A DNA stretch of 64,000 bases, taken from contig JBAZYY010000001.1 of assembly GCA_041659065.1 (NCBI GenBank), forward strand, positions 60,847-124,846, in the 5' to 3' direction. The translations under genes and the position numbers were made by a program. Position 1 is the stretch's first letter, and the number at the start of each line of letters is the position of its first letter. Source of the stretch: Parcubacteria group bacterium (lineage in GTDB: Bacteria > Patescibacteriota > Minisyncoccia > Moranbacterales > UBA11712). The notes beneath the pieces are model-generated. The model saw nothing but the letters and a program-made list of their open reading frames with translations, was not told the origin of the DNA and did not search any database. Positions 37,888 to 47,307 of the stretch are shown in pieces.

Positions 37888-38685
37888 ATGATTAGGTTTG
37901 CCGCTATAACCCCTCATCCCCCCATAGCTATTCCAACAATCGGAAAGAACGATTTAAACTTGTGCCGAAAGACAGTTAATGCCATGAAGCAACTGGGAGA
38001 AAAATTCCGTGCCGTAAAAGCAGAAACTATTGTTCTTATCTCCCCGCATGGCCCGGTTCAATATGACAAATTCCTCTTTAATTATACGCCGGTTCTCCGC
38101 GGCGATCTGTCTCAATTCGGGGATACTAGGAAATTTTTATTCGAAAATGATCGCGGACTGGTGGATGAGGCCGTAAATAGCTTGAGAAATAACGGTCTTC
38201 CAGTTGGATTGGTTCGCGAGTTGGAACTTGACCATGGGGCGTTGGTGCCTCTTTTCTATCTTCTTAATGAAAAAGATGCCTCATATAACCCAAGGCTTGT
38301 CCATCTTTCGTATACGATGCTGCCTCTTGATTATCATCTGAAATTCGGGAGAGTTCTGGGGCAGGTGCTTCAAAGTTCGGAAAAAGTAATTTCGTTTATC
38401 GCAAGTGGCGATCTTTCGCACCGAGTGACCCAGGACGCACCAGCCGGATATTCTCCTCAGGGGCGAATTTTCGACAAAAATTTAATCAGCTTGATTCAAC
38501 GCAAAAACCTCAAGGGAATAATGGAATTGGATCCGGCATTTATAGAAGAAGCGGGAGAATGCGGATTGCGCTCGATAATCATGATGCTCTCGGGCATTTC
38601 AAATCTTCGCTGGGAAATAAAATCATTGAGTTACGAAGCACCTTTTGGAGTCGGGTATTTAGTTGCCAATATCAACATCAAATAG
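37888..38685 (+). CDS. Memo-like protein (AmmeMemoRadiSam system protein B; LigB-type extradiol-dioxygenase fold)
   Basis: Memo-like motifs: PHPP, LISPHGP, ASGDLSHR and CGLRSIIMML. A YgiD-like LigB-superfamily enzyme is the alternative assignment. Confidence 0.55.
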   Translation: MIRFAAITPHPPIAIPTIGKNDLNLCRKTVNAMKQLGEKFRAVKAETIVLISPHGPVQYDKFLFNYTPVLRGDLSQFGDTRKFLFENDRGLVDEAVNSLRNNGLPVGLVRELELDHGALVPLFYLLNEKDASYNPRLVHLSYTMLPLDYHLKFGRVLGQVLQSSEKVISFIASGDLSHRVTQDAPAGYSPQGRIFDKNLISLIQRKNLKGIMELDPAFIEEAGECGLRSIIMMLSGISNLRWEIKSLSYEAPFGVGYLVANINIK

Positions 38686-38729
38686 GACTTCGGCGGATAT
38701 CAAGAGGGATTTAAATCTATTTTTATCAT

Positions 38730-39269
38730 ATGGAGCGACATATTCAGCTGGCCAAGAAAGCTATTGAGAAATTTGTCAAAACCGGCAAAAAAATAGAGAT
38801 ACCTTCCGATCTCCCCCCGAATTTTTACGAGAAGGAATACGGAGTATTTGTCAGTCTCCACAGGGGAGATAAGTTGAGGGGCTGTATAGGAACCTATCTT
38901 CCCCAATATAGAAATTTAGCTGAAGAAATAATTCAAAATGCTATCGCGGCCTCGAGCGAAGATTACCGTTTTCCACCAGTTACTGCTGATGAAATTAACA
39001 ATCTGGAGATCAAAGTCAGCCTTCTAAACCAGCCCGAAAAAATTGGCAGTTTGGAAGATCTCGATGCAAAGAAATACGGCATAATTGTAAAATCAACGGA
39101 TGGCAAGTGCGGCCTGCTCCTGCCTGATCTTGAGGGAGTTGAAAGCGTGGAGCAGCAAATTTCGATCGCCTGCCAAAAGGCGGGTATAAATCTGAGTTTT
39201 GATAAAGATATTGAGATCTCTCGATTTGAAGTCACAAAATACCCGGGAGAAAATAATCAAGAAAGCTAA
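38730..39269 (+). CDS. AMMECR1-domain protein (AmmeMemoRadiSam system protein A)
   Basis: Hallmark LRGCIGT motif and a second Cys (DGKCGLLLP); 179 aa. Confidence 0.8.
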   Translation: MERHIQLAKKAIEKFVKTGKKIEIPSDLPPNFYEKEYGVFVSLHRGDKLRGCIGTYLPQYRNLAEEIIQNAIAASSEDYRFPPVTADEINNLEIKVSLLNQPEKIGSLEDLDAKKYGIIVKSTDGKCGLLLPDLEGVESVEQQISIACQKAGINLSFDKDIEISRFEVTKYPGENNQES

Positions 39270-39272
39270 TTA

Positions 39273-41216
39273 ATGCGAGATAAACGCTACATAATACAAG
39301 TCATTCCACTCATTCGCCTGCCGCTCATGCGGACGCAGGCTTTTTCGTATTACAATCCGGAGATTCTGCCGGCAGGTTCGCTGGTAAAGGTTTCATTTTT
39401 TCGCCAAAACGTACTGGGAATCGTAGTCGGCATCAGAGATGATTTTGAGCATAAGGGTACGATCAGAATAAAAAACATTGGAGAAGTGATTGAAAAATCT
39501 TTTCTTACGGAAAAGCAGCTGGCGCTTGCTAACTATGTAGCGGAAAAATATATTTGCCCGCCTGGCATCGTCCTCAAGGGAATGATTCCAAGCCAGTTTA
39601 AAATGAGGGCTAAAAAAGGAAGCGCCCAGACATTGAAGGGCAAAAATATAATTACTAAAAGCGCGATAGCGGAAAAAATTTCAAAAGACAAGTCGAAATA
39701 TTTTGTACTGGATGGGAGCGGGACGGAAAGAGAAGCGGTAAACTTGGCGCTCATAGGTGAATTAGTAAAAACAAAAAAGCAATGTCTGATTCTTGTTCCG
39801 GAAATATATTTTTCCCATGGCATTTACGAAAAAATTAAAACAAATTTTCCCGAGCAGGAGATCGCGCTGTTTCACAGCAAAATGGCCAAAGGAAAGCAGA
39901 ATGAGTGGCGGGAAAAAGTGAAGGAGGGAAAATTAAAAGTAATTATTGCTTCGCGGGCGGGAATTTTTCTTCCCTTTAAATCTTTGGGTCTCGTCATTGT
40001 GCGGGAACCGCAGGAAGCATCCTTTAAACAGTGGGATACAGCGCCGCGGTATAACGCAGCCGATAGTGCTCGTTTTCTGGCTGATCAATATGGCGCAAAA
40101 TTGATATTCGAAAGCTTCATGCCGTCCGTTAAACTATTTAAAAAAATCGAAGACCGGGAATACATGCGGATCAGCTGCAGTCAAACTGGAAAAGAAAAAC
40201 GCAAAATTGAAATTGTGGACATGTACCCGGAAAAGAAATCGGCTGATTTACCGATCTCAAAAAATCTTTATTCGGGGCTTGCCAAAAGCATAGAGGATAA
40301 AAAGCAAGCCTTGCTGCTCGTAAATCGCCGGGGTTTTTCAACTTTTTCGATTTGTCAAAGCTGCAAAAAGGTACTTAGTTGCCCGAAATGTGATAAGGCA
40401 CTTGTGTATTTTGACGAAAAATCACAATATGTCTGCCTCCACTGTGGGTATAAGCGAGATCTCCTGAGCTCCTGTCCAAGTTGTGGCGGATTTCAGTTCT
40501 CGCATTATGGAGTGGGATCTCAAACCGTCGAAAAGAAATTAAAAAAGCTGTTTCCCTTTATTAAAATTGGAAGGCTCGATTCCGACACGATAAAAAGCCA
40601 AAGCCGCCTAAAAAAACTTTATGCCGATCTTTTTGGGAAAAAAATAGATATTCTTACCGGTACGCAGATAGCGCTGGAAAGCATGGAGTCCGGCAGTTTC
40701 AGCTTAGTGGGAATTATTTCCGCCTATGACTTTTTTGGGAAGCCGGATTACAATTCCAGAGAAACAGCGTTCTTTAATCTTGGCCGAGCTCGCGAACTCG
40801 TAGGAAGCCAAGGAGTCCTGATTATTCAAGCTCCATCCCTGAATGACCCGCTTTTCAAATATCTGGAAAGCGGGAAATCCGAAGATTTTTTGAAAGACGA
40901 ATTAAAATTAAGGAAAAAGTACGCCTATCCTCCCTACTCTCAAATTATTAAACTGAGCTACGCCGATCATTTGCAAAAAAAAGCGGAAAGCGAATCTGCG
41001 CGTGTGTTTGACTTGCTGAATGTTAAAAGCCATAATAATATAAGGATTGAGGACCCGTTTGCGCCGTATCTCGCGAAAAAAAGGGGGAAATTTACAATAA
41101 ATATACTGATAAAGATATCAGGCAAGGAAGTTATCGCCGACACGCCTATTTACGCAATTATGAGTTCGCTCGGGAAAGGCTGGAAAATCGACGTGGATCC
41201 CATTTCAACCGTTTAA
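39273..41216 (+). CDS. priA: PriA-like primosomal protein N' with degenerate ATPase motifs
   Basis: PriA-like N-terminal 3'-DNA-binding region and a 4-Cys zinc-binding insert (CQSCKK...CPKCD...CLHCG...CPSCGG). Walker A reads GSGTERE, with no Lys where GSGKTEV is expected. The DEEH box is replaced by REPQ. Confidence 0.65.
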   Translation: MRDKRYIIQVIPLIRLPLMRTQAFSYYNPEILPAGSLVKVSFFRQNVLGIVVGIRDDFEHKGTIRIKNIGEVIEKSFLTEKQLALANYVAEKYICPPGIVLKGMIPSQFKMRAKKGSAQTLKGKNIITKSAIAEKISKDKSKYFVLDGSGTEREAVNLALIGELVKTKKQCLILVPEIYFSHGIYEKIKTNFPEQEIALFHSKMAKGKQNEWREKVKEGKLKVIIASRAGIFLPFKSLGLVIVREPQEASFKQWDTAPRYNAADSARFLADQYGAKLIFESFMPSVKLFKKIEDREYMRISCSQTGKEKRKIEIVDMYPEKKSADLPISKNLYSGLAKSIEDKKQALLLVNRRGFSTFSICQSCKKVLSCPKCDKALVYFDEKSQYVCLHCGYKRDLLSSCPSCGGFQFSHYGVGSQTVEKKLKKLFPFIKIGRLDSDTIKSQSRLKKLYADLFGKKIDILTGTQIALESMESGSFSLVGIISAYDFFGKPDYNSRETAFFNLGRARELVGSQGVLIIQAPSLNDPLFKYLESGKSEDFLKDELKLRKKYAYPPYSQIIKLSYADHLQKKAESESARVFDLLNVKSHNNIRIEDPFAPYLAKKRGKFTINILIKISGKEVIADTPIYAIMSSLGKGWKIDVDPISTV

Positions 41217-41228
41217 TTCCAAATAACT

Positions 41229-41699
41229 ATGGACAACAACGAAACGTTGAATATAATAAAATACCCGGATGGCTTTTTAAGAAATAAGACTCATGCGGTC
41301 AAGGATTTTAGCGATCCCAAGCTTGAACTGCTGATCAAGGGCATGGTAAAAGCGATGGAAGTTAACAAAGGCATAGGGCTCGCTGCTCCTCAAGTCGGAT
41401 CCAGTCTTAAAATTTTCATTTGTAGAGTCGATAATGAACTTTATGCCCTGATTAATCCCGAGATCAAATCCTTTTCAAAGAAAAAAGAATTTTACGAAGA
41501 GGGCTGTTTGAGTTTTCCCGGAAAATATTTCCAGATTGAACGGCCCATAAAAGTCAAAGTCAAAGCGTACGATCTTAAAGGGAAAAAAATCAGGATTAAA
41601 GCCGATGGCCTCTTGGCGAGAGTTATTCAGCATGAGATTGACCATCTGGACGGAGTTTTGATAATCGACCGGGTAAAATCGGATAAGAAAGATAAATAG
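41229..41699 (+). CDS. def: Peptide deformylase
   Basis: Motifs GIGLAAPQVG, EGCLSFPG and HEIDHLDG. Confidence 0.9.
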   Translation: MDNNETLNIIKYPDGFLRNKTHAVKDFSDPKLELLIKGMVKAMEVNKGIGLAAPQVGSSLKIFICRVDNELYALINPEIKSFSKKKEFYEEGCLSFPGKYFQIERPIKVKVKAYDLKGKKIRIKADGLLARVIQHEIDHLDGVLIIDRVKSDKKDK

Positions 41700-41716
41700 A
41701 AAATACTAAATTACTA

Positions 41717-42682
41717 ATGACAAAAGATCAGCGCATAATTTTTTGGGGGTCGCCGGAATTTGCGGCGGATATTTTACATAAGCTGTTAAAAGAAAAATTT
41801 AATATTGTCGCAGTCGTCACCCAGCCGGACAAAAAAATCGGCCGGAAACAGGAAATTTCAGAGCCGCCAGTCAAATCAATCGCTTTGAAAAATAAAATAA
41901 ATATATTTCAGCCGGAAAATCTCAAAGAGGAAGAGTTTATAAGGCAAATCAAGCGACTTGAACCGGATTTGCTTCTCGTGGCCGCGTACGGAAAAATAAT
42001 TCCCAAAGATATTTTGGATATTCCCCGCCGAGGATCAATTAATGTCCATGCTTCGCTCCTCCCAAAATACAGGGGTGCTTCCCCTATTCAAAGCGCGATA
42101 ATCGCCGGAGATGAAAAAACCGGCGTGACTCTCATGCTTATGGACTCTGGACTCGATACGGGAGACATTATCGCCCAAAAAGAAATTAAAATAGGAAAAG
42201 ACGAAACTTCGGAGACTCTGACAAAAAAATTATCGGCGCTTGGAGGCGAGCTTCTTGTGAACTCTATCGGCTCTTGGCTTGAAGGCGGAATTAAAGCCAT
42301 TCCTCAGGATAGCGGCCAGGCCAGCTATTCTAAAATCATAAAAAGGCAAGATGGCGAGATAAATTGGGAAGAGCCGGCATTGGAAATTTATCAAAAGTAC
42401 AAGGCCTACTTTCCCTGGCCGGGCCTGCATACGCTTCTTGATGTCAAAGGTGAGTTAAAGCGCATCAAGTTGGTTGACATCTATCCCCTGAAAAGCCCTG
42501 GAGCTGGCGGAAAGGCGGGAAAAATCATAAAAGTGGAAGAAAAAATTGCCGTGCAGACCAGCGAAGGATTGCTAGCTATCAGAAAGGCGCAGATTGAAGG
42601 AAAAAGAGAAATGGCGGCTGAAGAAATTGCCAAGGGCTATCCGGAACTAATCGGTTCTGTTTTTCAAAACAATTTCAAATAA
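41717..42682 (+). CDS. fmt: Methionyl-tRNA formyltransferase
   Basis: N-terminal formyltransferase domain (INVHASLLPKYRGASPIQ) plus the C-terminal domain; 321 aa. Confidence 0.9.
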   Translation: MTKDQRIIFWGSPEFAADILHKLLKEKFNIVAVVTQPDKKIGRKQEISEPPVKSIALKNKINIFQPENLKEEEFIRQIKRLEPDLLLVAAYGKIIPKDILDIPRRGSINVHASLLPKYRGASPIQSAIIAGDEKTGVTLMLMDSGLDTGDIIAQKEIKIGKDETSETLTKKLSALGGELLVNSIGSWLEGGIKAIPQDSGQASYSKIIKRQDGEINWEEPALEIYQKYKAYFPWPGLHTLLDVKGELKRIKLVDIYPLKSPGAGGKAGKIIKVEEKIAVQTSEGLLAIRKAQIEGKREMAAEEIAKGYPELIGSVFQNNFK

Positions 42683-42697
42683 AACTATCCAAAACAT

Positions 42698-43519
42698 ATG
42701 GGCCAAAATAAAGATAATCAGAAAGCTTTTATCGCTGGATTCATTTTAATTTTACTGGTTATACTTTGGGTAATTCTAAAGCCTGCTATTAGTTCTTGGA
42801 AGGGGTCAAAGTCGCAAAATGCAGAAGATAAGATGGCAGAGGTTTTTTCGGCTGCGCCGACTATTTCCGCGAGCGACCTCTACAAAGAGCTTGAGCAAAA
42901 TTACGACCGATTCATTATCGATACGAGAAGCGCGATAGAATTTAAAAAAGGTCATATCGCGGCCTCGAAAAATCTGGATCGAGATTCTTTAAGCGTAAGT
43001 ACCTTAACTGCGCTTGGAGTAAAAAAAACAACTGAAATTATTTTAATTGATAATCCAGAAAACATCTACAAAACGGCCGGAAAAGTAACTGAGCTTTTAG
43101 GCTCCGGATTAGTGGAGGTGAAATATCTCGAGGGAGGTCTGGCGAGTTGGACAGAGCTGGGCTATGCGCTGGTTTCTTCAGGCGGATCCGATCTCGACAG
43201 TTCCAAAGTAAAAAAAATCAGTTTGGAACAATTAAAGAGCGATCTTGAGAGATCTTCGGATCTGGTGCAAATTATTGATATTAGGGAAAGTTCAGCTTAT
43301 AACCAAGGTCACCTAAAAGGCGCGGAAAATTTTCCGCTGGCTGATTTGGAAAAAGGGAAGAAAGACATTTCCTCCATTAAGGAAGTAGTTGTTTATGGCG
43401 GAAGCGAAGAAAGCTTTAACGCAGTGGTTGCTTTATTTGATCTTAACTTTTTCAACGTCTATCAACTGAACGGAAACTATGAAGATTGGAAAAACTCCGG
43501 GGGAAATATCGAAAACTAA
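42698..43519 (+). CDS. Membrane-anchored tandem rhodanese-like domain protein (catalytic Cys apparently absent)
   Basis: N-terminal TM helix and two rhodanese-like repeats (FIIDTRSAIEFKKGHI and IIDIRESSAYNQGHL); no Cys in either active-site loop position. Confidence 0.6.
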   Translation: MGQNKDNQKAFIAGFILILLVILWVILKPAISSWKGSKSQNAEDKMAEVFSAAPTISASDLYKELEQNYDRFIIDTRSAIEFKKGHIAASKNLDRDSLSVSTLTALGVKKTTEIILIDNPENIYKTAGKVTELLGSGLVEVKYLEGGLASWTELGYALVSSGGSDLDSSKVKKISLEQLKSDLERSSDLVQIIDIRESSAYNQGHLKGAENFPLADLEKGKKDISSIKEVVVYGGSEESFNAVVALFDLNFFNVYQLNGNYEDWKNSGGNIEN

Positions 43520-43546
43520 ACAATTCGCAATTTAATCTTTCGGAAA

Positions 43547-43577
43547 CAAAAAAAAGGAAGCCTGGCTTCCTTTTTTT
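43547..43577. terminator. Bidirectional rho-independent terminator (rhodanese / groES convergent)
   Basis: A8-GGAAGCC-t-GGCTTCC-T7. Confidence 0.75.
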
Positions 43578-43593
43578 GTTTTGAATACTGTTG

Positions 43594-43872
43594 TTATTTC
43601 AAAATAGCCAGTATGTCTTCGTTCTTCACGATCAAATATTCCTTTTCCCCGACCTTCACTTCGCTACCAGAATACTTGGAATAAATTACTTTCTGGCCTT
43701 TTTTTACTTTAATCTTCTTGTCATCTCCCGTTGCGATGACCAAACCTTCCTGGGGCTTTTCCTCGCTGGTGTCTGGCAAGACAATTCCTGAGGCGGTTTT
43801 GGCATCGGCTTTCAGGGGTTCAATCAACACGTTCTCCCCTAGTGGTTCGATGGTTACGTTGGATTTAGCCAT
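43594..43872 (-). CDS. groS: Co-chaperonin GroES
   Basis: 92 aa with a GroES-like mobile loop and beta-barrel pattern (IVLPDTSEEKPQEGLVIATG). Confidence 0.8.
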   Translation of the reverse strand: MAKSNVTIEPLGENVLIEPLKADAKTASGIVLPDTSEEKPQEGLVIATGDDKKIKVKKGQKVIYSKYSGSEVKVGEKEYLIVKNEDILAILK

Positions 43873-43961
43873 AATATCATGAGATTAATTATTAGTAGCG
43901 CCAATATTAATTCTAGCTTGAAAAGAGCCGAAAGTCAATAAAAATAGCAGAATAAATTGGC

Positions 43962-44225
43962 TTATACGATTTTCTTTTGAGTGCTCTCGCTCGTGATTTC
44001 TTGCGGCGCCGTTTCAACGGTTTTTTTGCGACTGATCGCGAAAATATAAATAATTTCAAGAATTGCCAGGGTATTTACGACAAGTAGAATAATAAACCAG
44101 ACAAGATTTGACCTTCGAGCTGCTCTCCAAAGAGCCACGCCTTTCCAAGAAATAGTCCAGACAGCCGCCAAAGCGATGATCCAGCCGTGGGTCGAGAGAA
44201 AGCTTATAAGTTGGCTTTTGTTCAT
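43962..44225 (-). CDS. Small membrane protein, hypothetical
   Basis: Two predicted TM helices (WIIALAAVWTISW and VWFIILLVVNTLAIL). Start chosen at an internal Met; uncertain. Confidence 0.4.
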   Translation of the reverse strand: MNKSQLISFLSTHGWIIALAAVWTISWKGVALWRAARRSNLVWFIILLVVNTLAILEIIYIFAISRKKTVETAPQEITSESTQKKIV

Positions 44226-44334
44226 AGGGGTTTGAAATAAATATTTAACTTGTTTGAAATCTATTTTATCACAATGCAAATGGCATTATCAAATCTTTCT
44301 CGCATTAATGCCGGGGCGAAGGATACAAGCGATA

Positions 44335-44526
44335 TTAGTCCAAATATTGGCCGTTCGGCAGAAGCTTTTCGGGTATTCCCAAACCTTGGTCTCTCAATTT
44401 TTTTCGTTCGCATTTCTCAAAATCATTCGTGCAGTAAATTAATACAATGGCTTCGCGGGACGTATCGGTGCAAAAAAGGCCGTAAATGGGACATTTCTCG
44501 CAATAGGGGCATTCATTTTCTTTCAT
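44335..44526 (-). CDS. Small Cys-rich protein (putative metal-binding), hypothetical
   Basis: 63 aa with seven Cys (CPYCEKC...C...C...C). Confidence 0.4.
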   Translation of the reverse strand: MKENECPYCEKCPIYGLFCTDTSREAIVLIYCTNDFEKCERKKLRDQGLGIPEKLLPNGQYLD

Positions 44527-44598
44527 AGTGGATTTAATATTTATAAATTAAGAGTTCCTTCGGTTATCGGAAAAATTAGCAATAAATGTTGGAAGTCA

Positions 44599-45021
44599 TC
44601 AGGTTAGCAATTTAAAGCCTTTTCGGACTGCGATTTTTTCCGCGTCTCCATCTTGGAAATATTTATCGATCTCATCTTCACTGATCCATCTATAGTCCGA
44701 ATGATCCTCAGAATTCAGCTTGATTTTTTGAGTTGGATCGGCCATTTTCGCAAAATAGTCAATTTCCACGGAATGTTTGTTTTCATTTTCCGAAATATAC
44801 GTGAAAACATGAAACGGATTTTTTACAATCGCTTCAATGCCCAATTCCTCAGAAATTTCTCGCTTGAGCCCATCCTCGATCGTTTCGCCAAATTCGATAT
44901 GCCCGCCAATAAGTTCGTATTTTCCAGGCAGGAATTTTTTCACATCAGCGCGTTTGGCAATAAATAACTTGCCGTCACGATGAAGGAAAACGCAAGCTGT
45001 AATGGCTTGATATTTTTCCAT
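44599..45021 (-). CDS. Nudix hydrolase (MutT-like)
   Basis: Nudix box GGHIEFGETIEDGLKREISEELGIE. Confidence 0.8.
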   Translation of the reverse strand: MEKYQAITACVFLHRDGKLFIAKRADVKKFLPGKYELIGGHIEFGETIEDGLKREISEELGIEAIVKNPFHVFTYISENENKHSVEIDYFAKMADPTQKIKLNSEDHSDYRWISEDEIDKYFQDGDAEKIAVRKGFKLLT

Positions 45022-45133
45022 CTTGATTCATACAATAAACTTGAAAGATGTCTTAATTATACAACCTACGCAAAGAAACACCAGTCTGAGTTGAGCTAGT
45101 GTTTCCTATAAAGTGACTGGTTGCTAGGCTTTA

Positions 45134-45727
45134 TTAAAGTAGGTTTCCACGGCTTGGGCTATACCATTGGCCGCTTTTTCCCACCGCGACAACGCATATC
45201 AAAAGTAACGAAATCGAAATTGGCCACCAAATTTGGGCTTGCCATGGTACGGGAATAAGGAACAGAACATCCGGTGTAGTGAATGACTGGGGCCAGCCGA
45301 TCAGGGCTTTGAGCCAAACATAATAAAAAATGTCCCAAAAAGAAAAGACCCAAAAGAAAATAGCCCAACGATTATACTTTTGTTTGACTGCTACCACTGC
45401 GATGAGCAAAATGAGTATCAAGGTTGCGGCTTCACGATACATTTCCGCGGACAGGAAATTAAACGGCAGCTTGGCAAGAATATCTGCTTGCTGATAAGTG
45501 AAAATTAAAGCTATCCCATCTGTGGAATTGGCAAGTCCTATAGCTCCGCGCAGGTACATTACAACCGCAGCCTCAATATATCCAAATGCAATGCCGAAGA
45601 TAGCCGTATATACCAAAACCGCGCGCGGGATGGAAAGTTTACCGCGCCAAAGATAAAAGCTTATAAAGGGTATCAAGGCAAACAAATTTACCCACCAGGG
45701 CGACGCAAAAAACTGGAATCGGTCCAT
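45134..45727 (-). CDS. Polytopic membrane protein, Trp-rich, hypothetical
   Basis: Five to six TM helices; no recognisable motif. Confidence 0.45.
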   Translation of the reverse strand: MDRFQFFASPWWVNLFALIPFISFYLWRGKLSIPRAVLVYTAIFGIAFGYIEAAVVMYLRGAIGLANSTDGIALIFTYQQADILAKLPFNFLSAEMYREAATLILILLIAVVAVKQKYNRWAIFFWVFSFWDIFYYVWLKALIGWPQSFTTPDVLFLIPVPWQAQIWWPISISLLLICVVAVGKSGQWYSPSRGNLL

Positions 45728-45774
45728 ATTATCTAAAATTTATTTAAACTGCAATGAATGTCCTCGCTGGGTGC

Positions 45775-46188
45775 CTATCCTCTCCCGGCTTTTCGCGCGC
45801 CTTTCTCATCCGAGCCAAAATGGTGGGCAATTTCATGCCGAACAGTGCTCACAATTTGGTTTTTCAGCTCTTCCTTTGTCTGGCAGATGCTTTCCAGCGG
45901 TTTTTTGAAAATAGTGATCCGATCCGGGAATACCGGTCCGACATCAAGCCGCTTGGATTGATGGTACCCCTCATAAAGACCGAGAAGCAGCGCGTTTTTT
46001 CTGCCGCTAAGTTTTGCTTTTTCCAGTTGATCCCGGGTCGGAAAGTCTTCCATAAAAAAAGCCAGATTATGTATCCTATCTTGAAATTTTTTGGGTACGT
46101 TGTCTATGGCTTCAGCTACCCATTTTTCAAATTGTTTTGCGGGAACTTGCATAGTAATGGGCGCGTTTTCATTACTGCTTTTTGCCAA
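45775..46188 (-). CDS. Zincin-like metallopeptidase-family protein (HExxH)
   Basis: HEIAHHFG motif in a ~130 aa protein, consistent with the small zincin-like family. Confidence 0.55.
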   Translation of the reverse strand: MAKSSNENAPITMQVPAKQFEKWVAEAIDNVPKKFQDRIHNLAFFMEDFPTRDQLEKAKLSGRKNALLLGLYEGYHQSKRLDVGPVFPDRITIFKKPLESICQTKEELKNQIVSTVRHEIAHHFGSDEKGARKAGRG

Positions 46189-46269
46189 AGTTATACCCTA
46201 GCAAAGCCTTAATTTCACCTTACTGTCTCTTCTTGCAGCAAAAAGTAATGTATTCGGGAAAAGCAATGA

Positions 46270-47307
46270 TTATTGTTGCGTGAAGATATCTCGGCAAGCG
46301 GTCTGCATCTGGGAATAATTATCCTGTCCCGCTATGGGGACCAAGACATAGCCCACTCCGCCAGTCCCAGGGACCTTCAGAAGGCCCTTCTCAGAATTTT
46401 CAAAAACCCGCTGGACGATATCGGCTTCTTTCAAGCTGATAAATTGGTCATAGAAACCTTTCATTTCATCAGGCGTAAGGTTTGTTTTGACATTATTGCC
46501 GATTATGGTCAGGATATTGTTCAGCTTGCCGAAATCCGCGAGCGTCCCCAACGTTACCAACTTGTCTTTCAACGCTTTGAGAATTACTTGTTGACGCTTG
46601 GAACGGTCGAAGTCATTGGTTGTCTCCCGGGCGCGGGCGTAGCAAAGAGCTTTGTCGCCATTCAAGCGATTGGTACCCGCCGGAAGAGAAAATACTCCTC
46701 CACATTCATTTCCTTCAACAAACTGCTTCGGTTCGGTGAATGGTTTCAGAATTCGTACGTCGACGCCTCCCACCGTATCAATCAGTTGCTTGAAACCGTC
46801 AAAATTAATAACTACTGCGTGATCGATTTTGAGGCCCGTGATTGTCCCCATCATTTCTTCCATTTTTTCCATCCCCTGGGCGCGTCCACCGCTTTGCCAA
46901 TAGGAATAGACTGAATTGATTTTGCCACGCTCATTCGTGCCGGGAATTTGCACGTAAAGGTCTCGCGGGACCGAAATCAGTCCGACTTTATTGTTTTTGG
47001 TGTCAAACGAAGCAACCATAATTGAATCAGCGAGCAGTCCCCCGTGAGGGTCGCTTGCGCCTCGCATGCCCAAAAGCAGGATATTAGTACGCCCATTATC
47101 TCCCGAAAGAGCTTTGGAGCCGCTGAGTAAACTGCCAAGGGCCGAATTGCCCGAGCCGGAGATTTTGTTCATAATATAACCGGTTTTCCAGGCAAAAAAT
47201 CCCCCCACGGCAACGATTATGATGATTACAAACAAGGATAATTTAAACCACCTTTTTTTATAAAATTTTTTCTTATGAGCCAGGCGTTCGGATTGAAAAT
47301 TTTTCAT
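46270..47307 (-). CDS. LytR-CpsA-Psr (LCP) family protein (second copy)
   Basis: N-terminal TM helix; NILLLGMRGASDPHGGLLADSIMVASF...ISVPRDLYV; paralog of 16356-17417. Confidence 0.85.
   Translation of the reverse strand: MKNFQSERLAHKKKFYKKRWFKLSLFVIIIIVAVGGFFAWKTGYIMNKISGSGNSALGSLLSGSKALSGDNGRTNILLLGMRGASDPHGGLLADSIMVASFDTKNNKVGLISVPRDLYVQIPGTNERGKINSVYSYWQSGGRAQGMEKMEEMMGTITGLKIDHAVVINFDGFKQLIDTVGGVDVRILKPFTEPKQFVEGNECGGVFSLPAGTNRLNGDKALCYARARETTNDFDRSKRQQVILKALKDKLVTLGTLADFGKLNNILTIIGNNVKTNLTPDEMKGFYDQFISLKEADIVQRVFENSEKGLLKVPGTGGVGYVLVPIAGQDNYSQMQTACRDIFTQQ

Noticed and set aside
43873-43961. CIRCE/HrcA operator upstream of groES
   Set aside because: No TTAGCACTC-N9-GAGTGCTAA-like inverted repeat could be found in the 90-bp upstream region.
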